Source: Silanimonas sp.
Lineage (GTDB): Bacteria; Pseudomonadota; Gammaproteobacteria; Xanthomonadales; Xanthomonadaceae
Assembly (NCBI RefSeq): GCF_027530345.1
Contig: NZ_JAPZQK010000023.1
Location: 19,767 to 83,766 of the forward strand
Direction: 5' to 3'
DNA: 64,000 nt
The notes below the pieces were generated by a model, which worked only from the letters and a program-made list of their open reading frames with translations, had not been told where the DNA came from and searched no databases. A program made the translations under genes and the position numbers. Shown here one piece after another: positions 10,351 through 19,843 of the stretch (position 1 is its first letter; every line of letters begins with the position of its first letter).

Positions 10351-10413
10351 CCGGTTCGTTTCGTCGTTTTGAAACCACCAACGCCCAGCCTCGAGCTGGG
10401 CGTTGGCGTTTTG
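10342..10413 (+). promoter_or_regulatory. Putative attenuator: antiterminator strand plus terminator hairpin
   Basis: Terminator CCAACGCCCAGC-CTCGA-GCTGGGCGTTGG (10378-10406) plus CGTTTTG; GCTGGGT (10342-10348) can pair with the left arm GCCCAGC (10383-10389). Confidence 0.6.
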
Positions 10414-10454
10414 CGTCCCGTCTTTTCCCAATTGCCGCCTTTGGAGCACCACCG

Positions 10455-11465
10455 ATGAAGCACTTCCTGAACACCCAGGACTGGTCCCGCGCCGAGCTCG
10501 ACGCCGTGCTCGACGAGGCCGCGGCCTTCAAAGCCTCGAAGTTCGGCCAGCAGATGGCCGGCAAGAGCATCGCCCTGGTGTTCTTCAACCCCTCGCTGCG
10601 CACGCGGACCAGCTTCGAGATCGGCGCGACGCAGATGGGCGGCCATGCCGTGGTGCTGGCCCCGGGCAAGGACGCGTGGCCGATCGAGTTCGACCTCGGC
10701 ACGGTGATGGATGGCGACACCGAGGAGCACATCGCCGAAGTAGCGAAGGTGCTGTCGCGCTACGTCGACCTGATCGGCGTGCGCGCCTTCCCGAAGTTCG
10801 TCGACTGGTCGGTGGACCGGCAGGACAAGGTGCTGGCGGGTTTCGCGAAGTCCGCGACGGTGCCGGTGATCAACCTCGAGACCATCACCCATCCCTGCCA
10901 GGAACTGGCCCATGCGCTTGCCCTGCGCGAGCGCTTCGGCAAGGACCTCCGCGGCCGCAAGTACGTGCTGACTTGGACCTACCACCCGAAGGCGCTCAAC
11001 ACGGCCGTCGCGAACTCGGCGCTCACGATCGCCACGCGCCTCGGCATGGACGTGACCCTGCTGTGCCCGAACGAGCAGTACCTGCTGGACGAGCGCTACA
11101 TGGGCTGGGCTCAGCAGAACGTTGCCGAGAGCGGCGGTTCGCTGCAGGTGTCGCATGACATCGATGCGGCCTACCGCGACGCCGACGTCGTCTACGCGAA
11201 GAGCTGGGGCGCACTGCCCTTCTTCGGTAACTGGGCCGACGAGAAGCCCATGCGCGACGAGTACAAGCACTTCATCGTCGACGAACGGAAGATGGCGCTG
11301 ACCCGCGACGGTGGCAAGGGCCTGTTCTCGCACTGCCTGCCGCTGCGCCGCAACGTCAAGGCCACCGACGGCGTGATGGACTCGCCGAACTGCATCGCCA
11401 TCGACGAGGCCGAGAACCGCCTGCACGTGCAGAAGGCCGTGATGGCCCGCCTGCTGCGCGGTTGA
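10455..11465 (+). CDS. argF: N-acetylornithine carbamoyltransferase (ArgF')
   Basis: [48 protein letters not shown] and HCLPLRRN, typical of the Xanthomonas-type AOTCase. Confidence 0.93.
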   Translation: MKHFLNTQDWSRAELDAVLDEAAAFKASKFGQQMAGKSIALVFFNPSLRTRTSFEIGATQMGGHAVVLAPGKDAWPIEFDLGTVMDGDTEEHIAEVAKVLSRYVDLIGVRAFPKFVDWSVDRQDKVLAGFAKSATVPVINLETITHPCQELAHALALRERFGKDLRGRKYVLTWTYHPKALNTAVANSALTIATRLGMDVTLLCPNEQYLLDERYMGWAQQNVAESGGSLQVSHDIDAAYRDADVVYAKSWGALPFFGNWADEKPMRDEYKHFIVDERKMALTRDGGKGLFSHCLPLRRNVKATDGVMDSPNCIAIDEAENRLHVQKAVMARLLRG

Positions 11466-11512
11466 GCCGCCGACCGACACGAACCCCCGTTTTCCTTTCG
11501 AGCATCCGAACC

Positions 11513-12703
11513 ATGTCCAAGAAAATCGTCCTCGCCTTCTCCGGCGGCCTCGACACCAGCTTCTGCGTGCCTTACCTGCAGGAACGCGGCTGGGAAGTGC
11601 ACACCGTGTTCGCCGACACCGGCGGCGTCGACGCCGAGGAAAAGGCGTGGATCGAAGCCCGCGCCCATGAGCTCAAGGTGGCCAGCCACGTCACCGTGGA
11701 CGGTGGCCCGGCCATCTGGGCCGGCTTCGTGAAGCCCTTCGTCTGGGCCGGCGAGCCCTACCAGGGCCAGTACCCGCTGCTGGTCTCCGACCGTTACCTG
11801 ATCGTCGAGGCCGCGCTGAAGCGCTGCGCCGAGCTGGGCACGAAGGCCATCGCGCATGGCTGCACCGGCATGGGCAATGACCAGGTGCGTTTCGACCTCG
11901 CCATCAAGGCGCTGGGCGACTACGAGATCGTGGCGCCGATCCGCGAAATCCAGAAGGAGCACAAGGAGGTTCGCGCCTACGAGCAGGCCTATCTCGAGGC
12001 GCGTGGCTTCGCGGTGCGCGCCAAGCAGAAGAGCTACACGATCAACGAGAACCTGCTCGGCGTGACTATGAGCGGCGGCGAAATCGACCGCTGGGAAGCG
12101 CCGGGCCCCGGTGCGAAGGGCTGGTGCGCGCCGCGCAGCGAGTGGCCTACCGCGCCGCTGGAGCTGACGCTGGGCTTCCAGAGCGGCGAGGCCATCACGC
12201 TCAATGGCGAGGCCCTGCCGGGCCACGTGATCCTCGCCAGGCTCAATGCGGCGCTGGCGCCCTACGGCGTGGGCCGAGGCCTGTACACCGGCGACACGAC
12301 CATCGGCCTCAAGGGCCGGATCATTTACGAAGCGCCGGGCCTGGCCGCACTGCTCACGGCGCATCGCGCGCTGGAGGAGGCCGTGCTGACGAAGAACCAG
12401 AACCGCTTCAAGCCCGAGATCGGCCGCAAGTGGACGGAACTGGTCTACGAGGGCTTCTTCCACGACCCGCTGAAGACCGACGTCGAGGCCTTCCTCGCGT
12501 CCTCGCAGCGAACCGTCAATGGCACCGTCACTCTTCGCACCGAAGGCGGCCGCGTGGACGCGGTGGCCATCCAGTCGCCGCACATCCTCAACGCCAAGGG
12601 TGCCACCTACGCGCAGGCCGCGGACTGGGGCGTGGCCGAGGCCGAGGGCTTCATTCGCCTGTATGGCATGAGCAGCACGCTGTGGGCCGAGGTGAACCGG
12701 TGA
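11513..12703 (+). CDS. argG: Argininosuccinate synthase
   Basis: [24 protein letters not shown] and YTINENLLG motifs. Confidence 0.95.
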   Translation: MSKKIVLAFSGGLDTSFCVPYLQERGWEVHTVFADTGGVDAEEKAWIEARAHELKVASHVTVDGGPAIWAGFVKPFVWAGEPYQGQYPLLVSDRYLIVEAALKRCAELGTKAIAHGCTGMGNDQVRFDLAIKALGDYEIVAPIREIQKEHKEVRAYEQAYLEARGFAVRAKQKSYTINENLLGVTMSGGEIDRWEAPGPGAKGWCAPRSEWPTAPLELTLGFQSGEAITLNGEALPGHVILARLNAALAPYGVGRGLYTGDTTIGLKGRIIYEAPGLAALLTAHRALEEAVLTKNQNRFKPEIGRKWTELVYEGFFHDPLKTDVEAFLASSQRTVNGTVTLRTEGGRVDAVAIQSPHILNAKGATYAQAADWGVAEAEGFIRLYGMSSTLWAEVNR

Positions 12704-13797
12704 GCGAGGCCCTCGCCAGCACGCTGAAGCACCTCGAGGCCCTCGTCGGCTTCGACACGCGCAACCCGCCGCGGGCCATCGGCACCGGCGGGATGTTCGA
12801 CTACCTGCAGGCGAACCTGCCGGGCTTCCGCTTCCAGCTGACCGATTTTGGCGCCGGCGCGGTGGCCCTGCTGGCCGTGCGCGGTAACCCGACGCGCGTG
12901 TTCAACGTGCACATGGACACCGTGCCGGACTCCCCGGCGTGGACGGCCAGCCCGCATGTCCTTCGGGTCACGTCGGATCGCGCCATCGGCCTCGGCGCCT
13001 GCGACATCAAGGGCGCCGCGGCCGCCATGCTGACGGCGGCGGCACGGACGACCGGCGACGCGGCCTTCCTGTTCACCACGGACGAGGAGGCGAATGACGC
13101 CCGCTGCATCGCGGGATTCCTCGCGCAGGGCCACGGCTTCACCGAAGCCGTTGTGGCCGAGCCCACGCAGTGCGAGGCCGTGCTCGCGCATCGCGGCATC
13201 GCCTCGGTGCTGATGAAGTTCCAAGGCCAGGCCGGGCACGCTTCGGCGGCGAACGCGCTGAAGCTCTCGGCGCTGCACCAGGCCATCCACTGGGGCGAGT
13301 CGGCGCTGGCCTTCGTCGAGTCGCAGTCGCACCAGCGATTCGGCGGGCTGACCGGGCTGCGCTTCAACATCGGGCGCGTCGAGGGCGGCATCAAGGCCAA
13401 CATGATCGCGCCCAGCGCCGAGGTGCGCTTCGGCTTCCGGCCGCTGCCCTCGATGGACACCTCCCAGCTGCACGCGCACTTCAAGGGCTTGGCGGATCCG
13501 GCCGCGCTGGCGCACTACGAGGCGACGTTCTTCGGACCATCGCTACCGGCGGGCGACGTCGCGCAAGCGGAAGCCAAACGGCTCGCCGCGCGCGATCTCG
13601 CCGACGAACTGGGCCTGCCGATCGGCAACGCCGTCGACTTCTGGACCGAGGCCAGCCTGTTCTCGCAGGCCGGCATGACCGCTTTCGTCTTCGGCCCTGG
13701 CGACATCGCCCAGGCCCACACCGCCGACGAGTGGGTCGCGCTCGACCAACTCGCCTCCTACACCGACCACCTGATCCGACTGTTCTCGCGGCCATGA
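12700..13797 (+). CDS. argE: Acetylornithine/acetylcitrulline deacetylase (M20 family)
   Basis: HMDTVP, GACDIKG, DEE, AEPT and [13 protein letters not shown] motifs; GTGA overlap with argG. Confidence 0.9.
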   Translation: MSEALASTLKHLEALVGFDTRNPPRAIGTGGMFDYLQANLPGFRFQLTDFGAGAVALLAVRGNPTRVFNVHMDTVPDSPAWTASPHVLRVTSDRAIGLGACDIKGAAAAMLTAAARTTGDAAFLFTTDEEANDARCIAGFLAQGHGFTEAVVAEPTQCEAVLAHRGIASVLMKFQGQAGHASAANALKLSALHQAIHWGESALAFVESQSHQRFGGLTGLRFNIGRVEGGIKANMIAPSAEVRFGFRPLPSMDTSQLHAHFKGLADPAALAHYEATFFGPSLPAGDVAQAEAKRLAARDLADELGLPIGNAVDFWTEASLFSQAGMTAFVFGPGDIAQAHTADEWVALDQLASYTDHLIRLFSRP

Positions 13798-15113
13798 CCG
13801 ACCTCCGCACAACGATTGTTCGCCTCCTGTCGAATATGGCGAGCGCCAAGGAAATCCAGCAGTACCTGAAGCGCTTCAGCTCAGTGGACGCCGCGCGCTT
13901 CGCTGTCGTCAAGGTTGGCGGCGCCATCCTGCGCGACGACATGGAATCGCTGATTTCCTCGCTGTCCTTCCTGCAGCAGGTAGGCCTGACGCCGGTGGTC
14001 ATCCACGGCGCCGGCCCACAGCTGGACGAGGAGATGGCGGCGGCTGGCATCACCAAACTGACCGTCGACGGCTTGCGCGTTACTCCGCCCGAGGTGCTGG
14101 CTGTGGTGCGCCGCGTGCTGGTGCGGGAGAACCTGCGCCTCGTCGACGCCTTGCAGGAAGCCGGCGTCCGCGCGACATCGATCCAGACCGGCGTGTTCGA
14201 GGCCGAGATCGTCGACCGCGAGCGCCTCGGCCTCGTCGGCGACGTGAAGCGCGTCGAGCGCGAGGGCGTCGAGGCGGCGATCCGCGCGAACTCGATCCCG
14301 GTGATCTGTTCCCTGGGTGAGACGAAGGACGGCCAGATCGTCAACGTCAATGCCGACTGGGCGGCGAACGAGCTGGTGAAGTCGCTACAGCCCTACAAGA
14401 TCATCTTCCTCACCGGCACCGGCGGCCTGCTGGACGGGGAGGGCAAGTTGATCGACTCGATCAACCTCAGCACCGACCGCGAACGCCTGATGGCGGCGCC
14501 GTGGCTGACCGGCGGCATGCGGGTGAAGATCGAGCAGATCGCCGACCTGCTGGACGCGTTGCCGCCCTCGTCGTCGGTGTCGATCACCAAGCCCGACGAA
14601 CTCGCCAAGGAGCTGTTCACGCATCGCGGCTCGGGCACGCTCGTGCGTCGTGGTGAAGCCATCCATGTGTTCGAGCGCTGGGACCAGGTGGACCTGCCGC
14701 GCTTGAAACACCTGATCGAGTCCGGCTTCGGCCGCGCGCTCACGCTGGACTACTTCGAAACGACGACGCCGTGGCGCATCTACGTCTCCGCCAACTACCG
14801 CGCCGCGCTGGTGCTCACGGAAGAAAACGGCATCCCGCACCTCGACAAGTTCGCCGTCGCCGACGACGCCAAGGGCGAGGGCCTCGGTCGTGCCGCGTGG
14901 GACGTGATGCGCGCGGAGACGCCGCGACTGTTCTGGCGTTCGCGCACCAGCAATCCCGTCAACGACTTCTACTTCGACCAGTCGGAGGGCGCGCTCAAGG
15001 GCGACCCTTGGACGGTGTTCTGGTACGGGCTCGAGGGCTTCGAGGACATCCGCTTCGCCGTCGAGCACTGCCGCACCCGCCCGGCCACGCTGAAGCTGGG
15101 GGCCGCGGCATGA
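13794..15113 (+). CDS. argB: Acetylglutamate kinase fused to a C-terminal NAT domain (NAGS/K type)
   Basis: [14 protein letters not shown] and NVNAD kinase motifs; C-terminal HLDKFAV...GEGLG...LFWRSR NAT domain. Confidence 0.9.
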   Translation: MTDLRTTIVRLLSNMASAKEIQQYLKRFSSVDAARFAVVKVGGAILRDDMESLISSLSFLQQVGLTPVVIHGAGPQLDEEMAAAGITKLTVDGLRVTPPEVLAVVRRVLVRENLRLVDALQEAGVRATSIQTGVFEAEIVDRERLGLVGDVKRVEREGVEAAIRANSIPVICSLGETKDGQIVNVNADWAANELVKSLQPYKIIFLTGTGGLLDGEGKLIDSINLSTDRERLMAAPWLTGGMRVKIEQIADLLDALPPSSSVSITKPDELAKELFTHRGSGTLVRRGEAIHVFERWDQVDLPRLKHLIESGFGRALTLDYFETTTPWRIYVSANYRAALVLTEENGIPHLDKFAVADDAKGEGLGRAAWDVMRAETPRLFWRSRTSNPVNDFYFDQSEGALKGDPWTVFWYGLEGFEDIRFAVEHCRTRPATLKLGAAA

Positions 15114-15712
15114 GCACGTGGAATGCGATACCAACGCTGAAGGGTCAGCACGTGACGCTGGAGCCGCTGTCCCGCGATCACGTGCCGGCGCTGCAGGCGG
15201 CGGTGAAGGATGGCGAACTGTGGACGCTGTGGTACACGGCGATTCCGGACCCCGAGGGCATGCTCGCCTACGTCGACAAAGCCTTGGCACTGCTCGAGAC
15301 CGGAAAGGCCATTCCGTTCGTCGTGCGCGATGCGTCCGGCGCCATCGTCGGCAGCACCCGTTTCGGCGACATCGAAGCAGCGCACCGGCGCGTGCAGATC
15401 GGCTGGACCTGGTACGCGAAGCGCGCCCAGCGCACCGGCCTCAACACGGAAGCCAAGGCCCTGCTGCTGGCCCATGCGTTCGAGGTGATGGGCTGCGGCC
15501 GCGTCGAGTTCTTCACGCACTTCATGAACCATGCCTCCCGGTCGGCGATTGCGCGGCTCGGCGCGAAGGAAGAGGGCGTCCTGCGCAACCACATGCGCAT
15601 GCCGGACGGCAGCTGGCGCGACACCGTCGTGTTCTCGATCATCGACGGCGAATGGCCGGCCGTGCGGGCCCATTTGCGCCACCTGATGGCGCGTCGGGGA
15701 GACGCCGCATGA
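15110..15712 (+). CDS. GNAT N-acetyltransferase (RimJ/RimL-like)
   Basis: [20 protein letters not shown] and [15 protein letters not shown] motifs; overlaps both neighbours by ATGA. Confidence 0.85.
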   Translation: MSTWNAIPTLKGQHVTLEPLSRDHVPALQAAVKDGELWTLWYTAIPDPEGMLAYVDKALALLETGKAIPFVVRDASGAIVGSTRFGDIEAAHRRVQIGWTWYAKRAQRTGLNTEAKALLLAHAFEVMGCGRVEFFTHFMNHASRSAIARLGAKEEGVLRNHMRMPDGSWRDTVVFSIIDGEWPAVRAHLRHLMARRGDAA

Positions 15713-16662
15713 TCCGCTTGGGTCTTGTCGGTGCCCGCGGCCATGTCGGCACCGAGCTGATCAAGCTGCTGGCCTCGCATCCCGGATTCGATATCGCCTT
15801 CGTGTCCTCGCGCGAGCGCGACGGGCAGCGCCTCGCCGACCACGAACCCGCGTACCAGGGCGAGCTGCGCTACACGGCGCTCGACGCGGCGGGCGTGGCG
15901 GCGAGCGGCGTGGATGCCGTGGTGCTCGGCCTGCCGAATGGGTTGGCCGCGCCCTACGTCGCCGCCATCGATTCGATCGCCCCCGGCATGGCCATCGTCG
16001 ACCTGTCGGCGGATTTCCGCTTCGACGCGACGTGGACCTACGGCCTGCCCGAGCGGAACCGCGCAGCGCTCGCTGGTGCGACGCGCATCAGCAATCCCGG
16101 TTGCTACGCGACGGCGATGCAACTGGCCCTGGCGCCGGTTCTCGATCTCGTCGACGGCCCCGCGCAGTGCTTCGGTGTGTCTGGCTACAGCGGTGCCGGC
16201 ACGACGCCGAGCGACAAGAACGATCCCGCGAAGCTGCATGACAACCTGATGCCGTACTCGCTGGTGAACCATGTGCACGAGCGCGAGGTGACTCGCCACC
16301 TCGGCCATCCCGTCGAGTTCATGCCGCATGTGGCGCCGCACTTCCGCGGCATCACCATGACCGTGAACGTGCACCTCAACGACCCGGCGACGCTCGGCGC
16401 GCTCCGCGCCCGCTACGCGACGGCCTACGCCAGCGAGCCGCTGGTCCGGGTGGTCGATGGCGCCCCGTGGGTTTCGCGCATCGCGAATCGCCACGGCGTC
16501 GAAATCGGTGGCTTCGCGCTGTCGGACGACGGTCGGCGCTTGGTCGTGGTCAGCACCCTCGACAACCTGCTGAAGGGCGCCGCCACGCAGGCCCTGCAGA
16601 ACCTCAACCTCGCGTTCGGCCAGGCCGAGACGACGGGCCTCACCGTGGAGTGGGCGGCATGA
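15709..16662 (+). CDS. argC: N-acetyl-gamma-glutamyl-phosphate reductase
   Basis: [34 protein letters not shown] and [11 protein letters not shown] motifs. Confidence 0.95.
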   Translation: MIRLGLVGARGHVGTELIKLLASHPGFDIAFVSSRERDGQRLADHEPAYQGELRYTALDAAGVAASGVDAVVLGLPNGLAAPYVAAIDSIAPGMAIVDLSADFRFDATWTYGLPERNRAALAGATRISNPGCYATAMQLALAPVLDLVDGPAQCFGVSGYSGAGTTPSDKNDPAKLHDNLMPYSLVNHVHEREVTRHLGHPVEFMPHVAPHFRGITMTVNVHLNDPATLGALRARYATAYASEPLVRVVDGAPWVSRIANRHGVEIGGFALSDDGRRLVVVSTLDNLLKGAATQALQNLNLAFGQAETTGLTVEWAA

Positions 16663-17951
16663 GCAACGTCTTGTGGGCGAAGCCCGGCATGGACATCGAC
16701 GCAGACATCCAGCGTTTCCTCGCTGGCGACGACGTCATCCTCGATCGCGAGTTCATCCGCTACGACATCCGCGCGAGCGCCGCGCACGCGGAAGGGCTCG
16801 AGCGCATCGGCATCCTTACCGCTGACGAACGGGTCGCGATCGCCCGCGAGCTGGAGGAGCTCGATGCCGATGTCGCCGCCGGCCGGTTCGTGCTCGATGA
16901 TCGCTTCGAGGACATGCACTCCGCCATCGAAGCCCGACTGATCGAGCGCCTCGGCGACGTGGGCAAGAAGATCCACACCGGCCGCAGCCGCAACGACCAG
17001 GTGCTGGTGGCGACGCGCCTGTGGCTGAAGGACCGTCTCTCACATGCCGCGGCGCTCTGCCATACCGCCGCCGGCGTCGCGCTAGAGCGCGCCGCGAGGG
17101 AGGGCGAACTGCCGCTGCCGGGCTACACCCACTTGCAGCGCGCGATGGTGTCGAGCGCGGCGATGTGGTGGGCCGGTTGGGCCGAAGCCTTCATCGACGA
17201 CGCCGACCGCCTGCGTGGCACGGCACGCTGGATCGATGCGAACCCGCTCGGTTCAGCGGCCGGCTATGGCGTGAACCTCGCGCTCGACCGCGACCACACC
17301 ACGGCCGCGCTCGGCTTCGGCCGCCTGCAGGTCGCCGCCACGTACGCACAGCTCTCGCGCGGCAAGTTCGAACTCGCCGCCTTGGAAGCGCTGGGCTCCG
17401 CGCTGCTCGACCTTCGCCGGCTCGCGTGGGATCTATCGCTGTTCGCCAGCGCGGAATACACGTTCGTGCGCCTTCCGGCGAAGTACACGACGGGCAGCTC
17501 GCTGATGCCAAACAAGCGCAACCCCGATGTCATCGAGCTGATGCGTGGCGTGTATGCCTCCGTCGCCGCGGCCAAGATCGAAGTGGAGCAGCTGCTGTCG
17601 CTGCCTTCCGGCTACCACCGCGACCTGCAGTACTCGAAGGGCGCGATCGTGCATGGCTTCGGCCGTGGCCTCGCGGCACTGGGATTGCTGCCGGACCTGC
17701 TGCGGGCGCTGGAATGGCAGCCGGAGCGAATGCGTGCCGCCATCGAGTCTTCGATGTACGCCACCGATCTTGCCGTTGAACTTTCCGCCGGGGGCATGCC
17801 GTTCCGCGACGCCTACCAGCAGGCCGCGGATCCGAAGCAATGGGCCGAGCGTGATCCGCAGGGCAGCCTCGAGGCGCGGGTGTCGCCGGGTGCTGCGGGC
17901 GATCTCAGGCTGTCCGTTCTCGCCGCCCGCTGGTCGTCGTTGAACCGCTGA
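16659..17951 (+). CDS. argH: Argininosuccinate lyase
   Basis: [20 protein letters not shown] and [12 protein letters not shown] motifs. Confidence 0.95.
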   Translation: MSNVLWAKPGMDIDADIQRFLAGDDVILDREFIRYDIRASAAHAEGLERIGILTADERVAIARELEELDADVAAGRFVLDDRFEDMHSAIEARLIERLGDVGKKIHTGRSRNDQVLVATRLWLKDRLSHAAALCHTAAGVALERAAREGELPLPGYTHLQRAMVSSAAMWWAGWAEAFIDDADRLRGTARWIDANPLGSAAGYGVNLALDRDHTTAALGFGRLQVAATYAQLSRGKFELAALEALGSALLDLRRLAWDLSLFASAEYTFVRLPAKYTTGSSLMPNKRNPDVIELMRGVYASVAAAKIEVEQLLSLPSGYHRDLQYSKGAIVHGFGRGLAALGLLPDLLRALEWQPERMRAAIESSMYATDLAVELSAGGMPFRDAYQQAADPKQWAERDPQGSLEARVSPGAAGDLRLSVLAARWSSLNR

Positions 17952-17973
17952 GGCGAAGGCGGAGACGCCTCCC

Positions 17974-18399
17974 TCAGCGCAGCATCGTGCGGTTGGCGTC
18001 CGCCCGGCGCGATTCGAGGGCGCGGAGGACGCGATTCATCGCGTCGCCGATGCGGTCATGCGAATCGCGGGGTTCGCGCAGGCCGAGCGCACGCTCGAGG
18101 TCGGCGAAGTTGGCATCGTCCGGAAGGGCGTTGAGTGCGTCGATGATCCGGTTCACCGCGTTAAGCGTCGGCTTCAGCTCGACCGCCTTCAGGTTCGCGA
18201 GGACGAGGCTTCCTCCGAGGGCGAGGACGAGGGGGGACCAAGCCGGCTGGGCCGGGACCGCGCCGCCACCCGGATCCGACCGCAGGGCGAGGGTGTTGAC
18301 GCGTTTCTCCGCGGCGTGCCAGCCGCTGTGCGGGGCGATGCGGCCGCGCGCCGAGATGTCGAAGGCGTCAACGTGGGGAATCGGGGCGATCGCATCCAT
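17974..18399 (-). CDS. Hypothetical protein (141 aa)
   Basis: Fills the gap between argH and the DUF3999 gene; plausible composition with one hydrophobic segment; no family recognised. Confidence 0.55.
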   Translation of the reverse strand: MDAIAPIPHVDAFDISARGRIAPHSGWHAAEKRVNTLALRSDPGGGAVPAQPAWSPLVLALGGSLVLANLKAVELKPTLNAVNRIIDALNALPDDANFADLERALGLREPRDSHDRIGDAMNRVLRALESRRADANRTMLR

Positions 18400-18411
18400 G
18401 GCTCGTCCGGG

Positions 18412-18429
18412 TGTCAATAACTGTCAATA
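18412..18429. repeat. Direct repeat TGTCAATA x2 with a 10-bp period
   Basis: GTGTCAATAACTGTCAATAC in an AT-rich intergenic patch; extra TGTCA at 18439. Confidence 0.6.
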
Positions 18430-18481
18430 CGCGCAGTCTGTCACGCATTGACGCCCGTGTGTATGAGCGTTTCGTCAGAAA

Positions 18482-19843
18482 TCAGTCGGCCGGCGGGGCC
18501 GATCTCAGCAAGCGCACAGCCAACCCACCCACGATCAGGGCCCCGAGCCCCAGGACGGCCCAGAGGCCCCACCGGCCCACGTCGGTCGGTGGCACCAGGG
18601 CCTCGGCTCCCGCCAAGGTCCGGGCGGCGCCGACGCCGGCCAGCGGTGGCTGCCACTCCGCGCCCTGCCGTCGACGGATGGCCGCGAGGGCGTCGTCCAT
18701 GCCCACCGTCGGCTGGCGGCGGTGGGCGCTGCCGGCCAGCAAGCGGAAGGGCGGCGTGCCATTCGCCATCACGATGACGCGGTCTGGCGCATAGCCGAGC
18801 GCGAGGCTCGGGGGCGGTGCGGGCGTCGCCAGCTGGATCCGCAGCGGGCCCATGCCGCTGCGCCAAAGCGGCGTCGGGGCGGCTTCGAGCGTTTCGCCGC
18901 CAATGGAAAGCCGCCACGCCGTGCCGCTGGCCACCGTCTGCCAACGTTCGCCCACCTGTTCCTCGATGCGGTACTCGAGGATCCCATCCCCGTTCCCGAG
19001 GCGGACCTCGACCTGCTGGACGGGCAGTGGGCCAAAGGGAGCGAAATCGACGCTCAGACCATCCTCAGACACGGCGACGGCTTCGAGGACGCGCGAGGCC
19101 AGCGGGGCCGGCTCGGCCTCGCGCCGACGCAAGCCGTCAAGCGCGACCACGGCGGGCAGGGCCGATTCCCCGGCGACCGGGCGCAGCGCGAGGTAGCGAT
19201 GCGTGGTGCGGGCGAAGCGAAGATCGAGCCGCTCGATGCGGCGTCCGTCGCTGGACGCACGGAGCACGGGGAGGGCGGATTGCAGGTCCTCCCAATGCAC
19301 CAGGTCATCGGAGCCGCGGATGTCGACCAGTGTCCGGAAATCGGTGTCGCCCTGTGGCCGCAGGCGGAGGCCGTCGAGACCTTGTCGCGCCGCGGCGCCG
19401 ACGTCGATCAGCCATTCGTCGGGGGCGGAGCCGCTCGCGACGCCGTCCGCGCTTCGCAGGTCCAAGGCTGACAGCGTGCCTTCGGCATCGCGGCGCACAT
19501 GCAGCTCCAAGGCACCCGGCATCGACGCGGCGTCACCCGGCACCGCGATCGGCAGCGGGAGCGCGAAGGCTTCCGGCGCCTGCGGCGGGGCGGGCGGCGG
19601 TGGCCGATGCAGGCTGATCGGCTGCTCGCGCCCTTGGGCGTCCACCACCACGAGGTCGGCCAGCTCTGGGGTCGTCAGCGTCGCGTAGGCCTCGGCAGGG
19701 AGTTCGATCGCGAACACCGGCGCGTCCGCGGGCGCGTCGATGGGGAAGGCGAGCGCGAAGTCCTCTTCGCTAGCGAGCACCGGCGCGGCGGACACCGCCG
19801 CCGCCATCGCGAAAACCAAAGAGCGAACGGCATGACGCGTCAT
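18482..19843 (-). CDS. DUF3999 family protein
   Basis: Signal peptide, beta-rich body and C-terminal TM anchor (WGLWAVLGLGALIVGGLAVRLL); ATGA-coupled to the DUF2339 gene. Confidence 0.75.
   Translation of the reverse strand: MTRHAVRSLVFAMAAAVSAAPVLASEEDFALAFPIDAPADAPVFAIELPAEAYATLTTPELADLVVVDAQGREQPISLHRPPPPAPPQAPEAFALPLPIAVPGDAASMPGALELHVRRDAEGTLSALDLRSADGVASGSAPDEWLIDVGAAARQGLDGLRLRPQGDTDFRTLVDIRGSDDLVHWEDLQSALPVLRASSDGRRIERLDLRFARTTHRYLALRPVAGESALPAVVALDGLRRREAEPAPLASRVLEAVAVSEDGLSVDFAPFGPLPVQQVEVRLGNGDGILEYRIEEQVGERWQTVASGTAWRLSIGGETLEAAPTPLWRSGMGPLRIQLATPAPPPSLALGYAPDRVIVMANGTPPFRLLAGSAHRRQPTVGMDDALAAIRRRQGAEWQPPLAGVGAARTLAGAEALVPPTDVGRWGLWAVLGLGALIVGGLAVRLLRSAPPAD

Noticed and set aside
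10161-10454. 98-codon N-terminal extension of ArgF' in the ORF track (likewise for cysS, argE, argB, argC, argH, putP, uup)
   Set aside because: Homology begins at the downstream starts, which have RBS or overlap support; the extensions are chance open frames.
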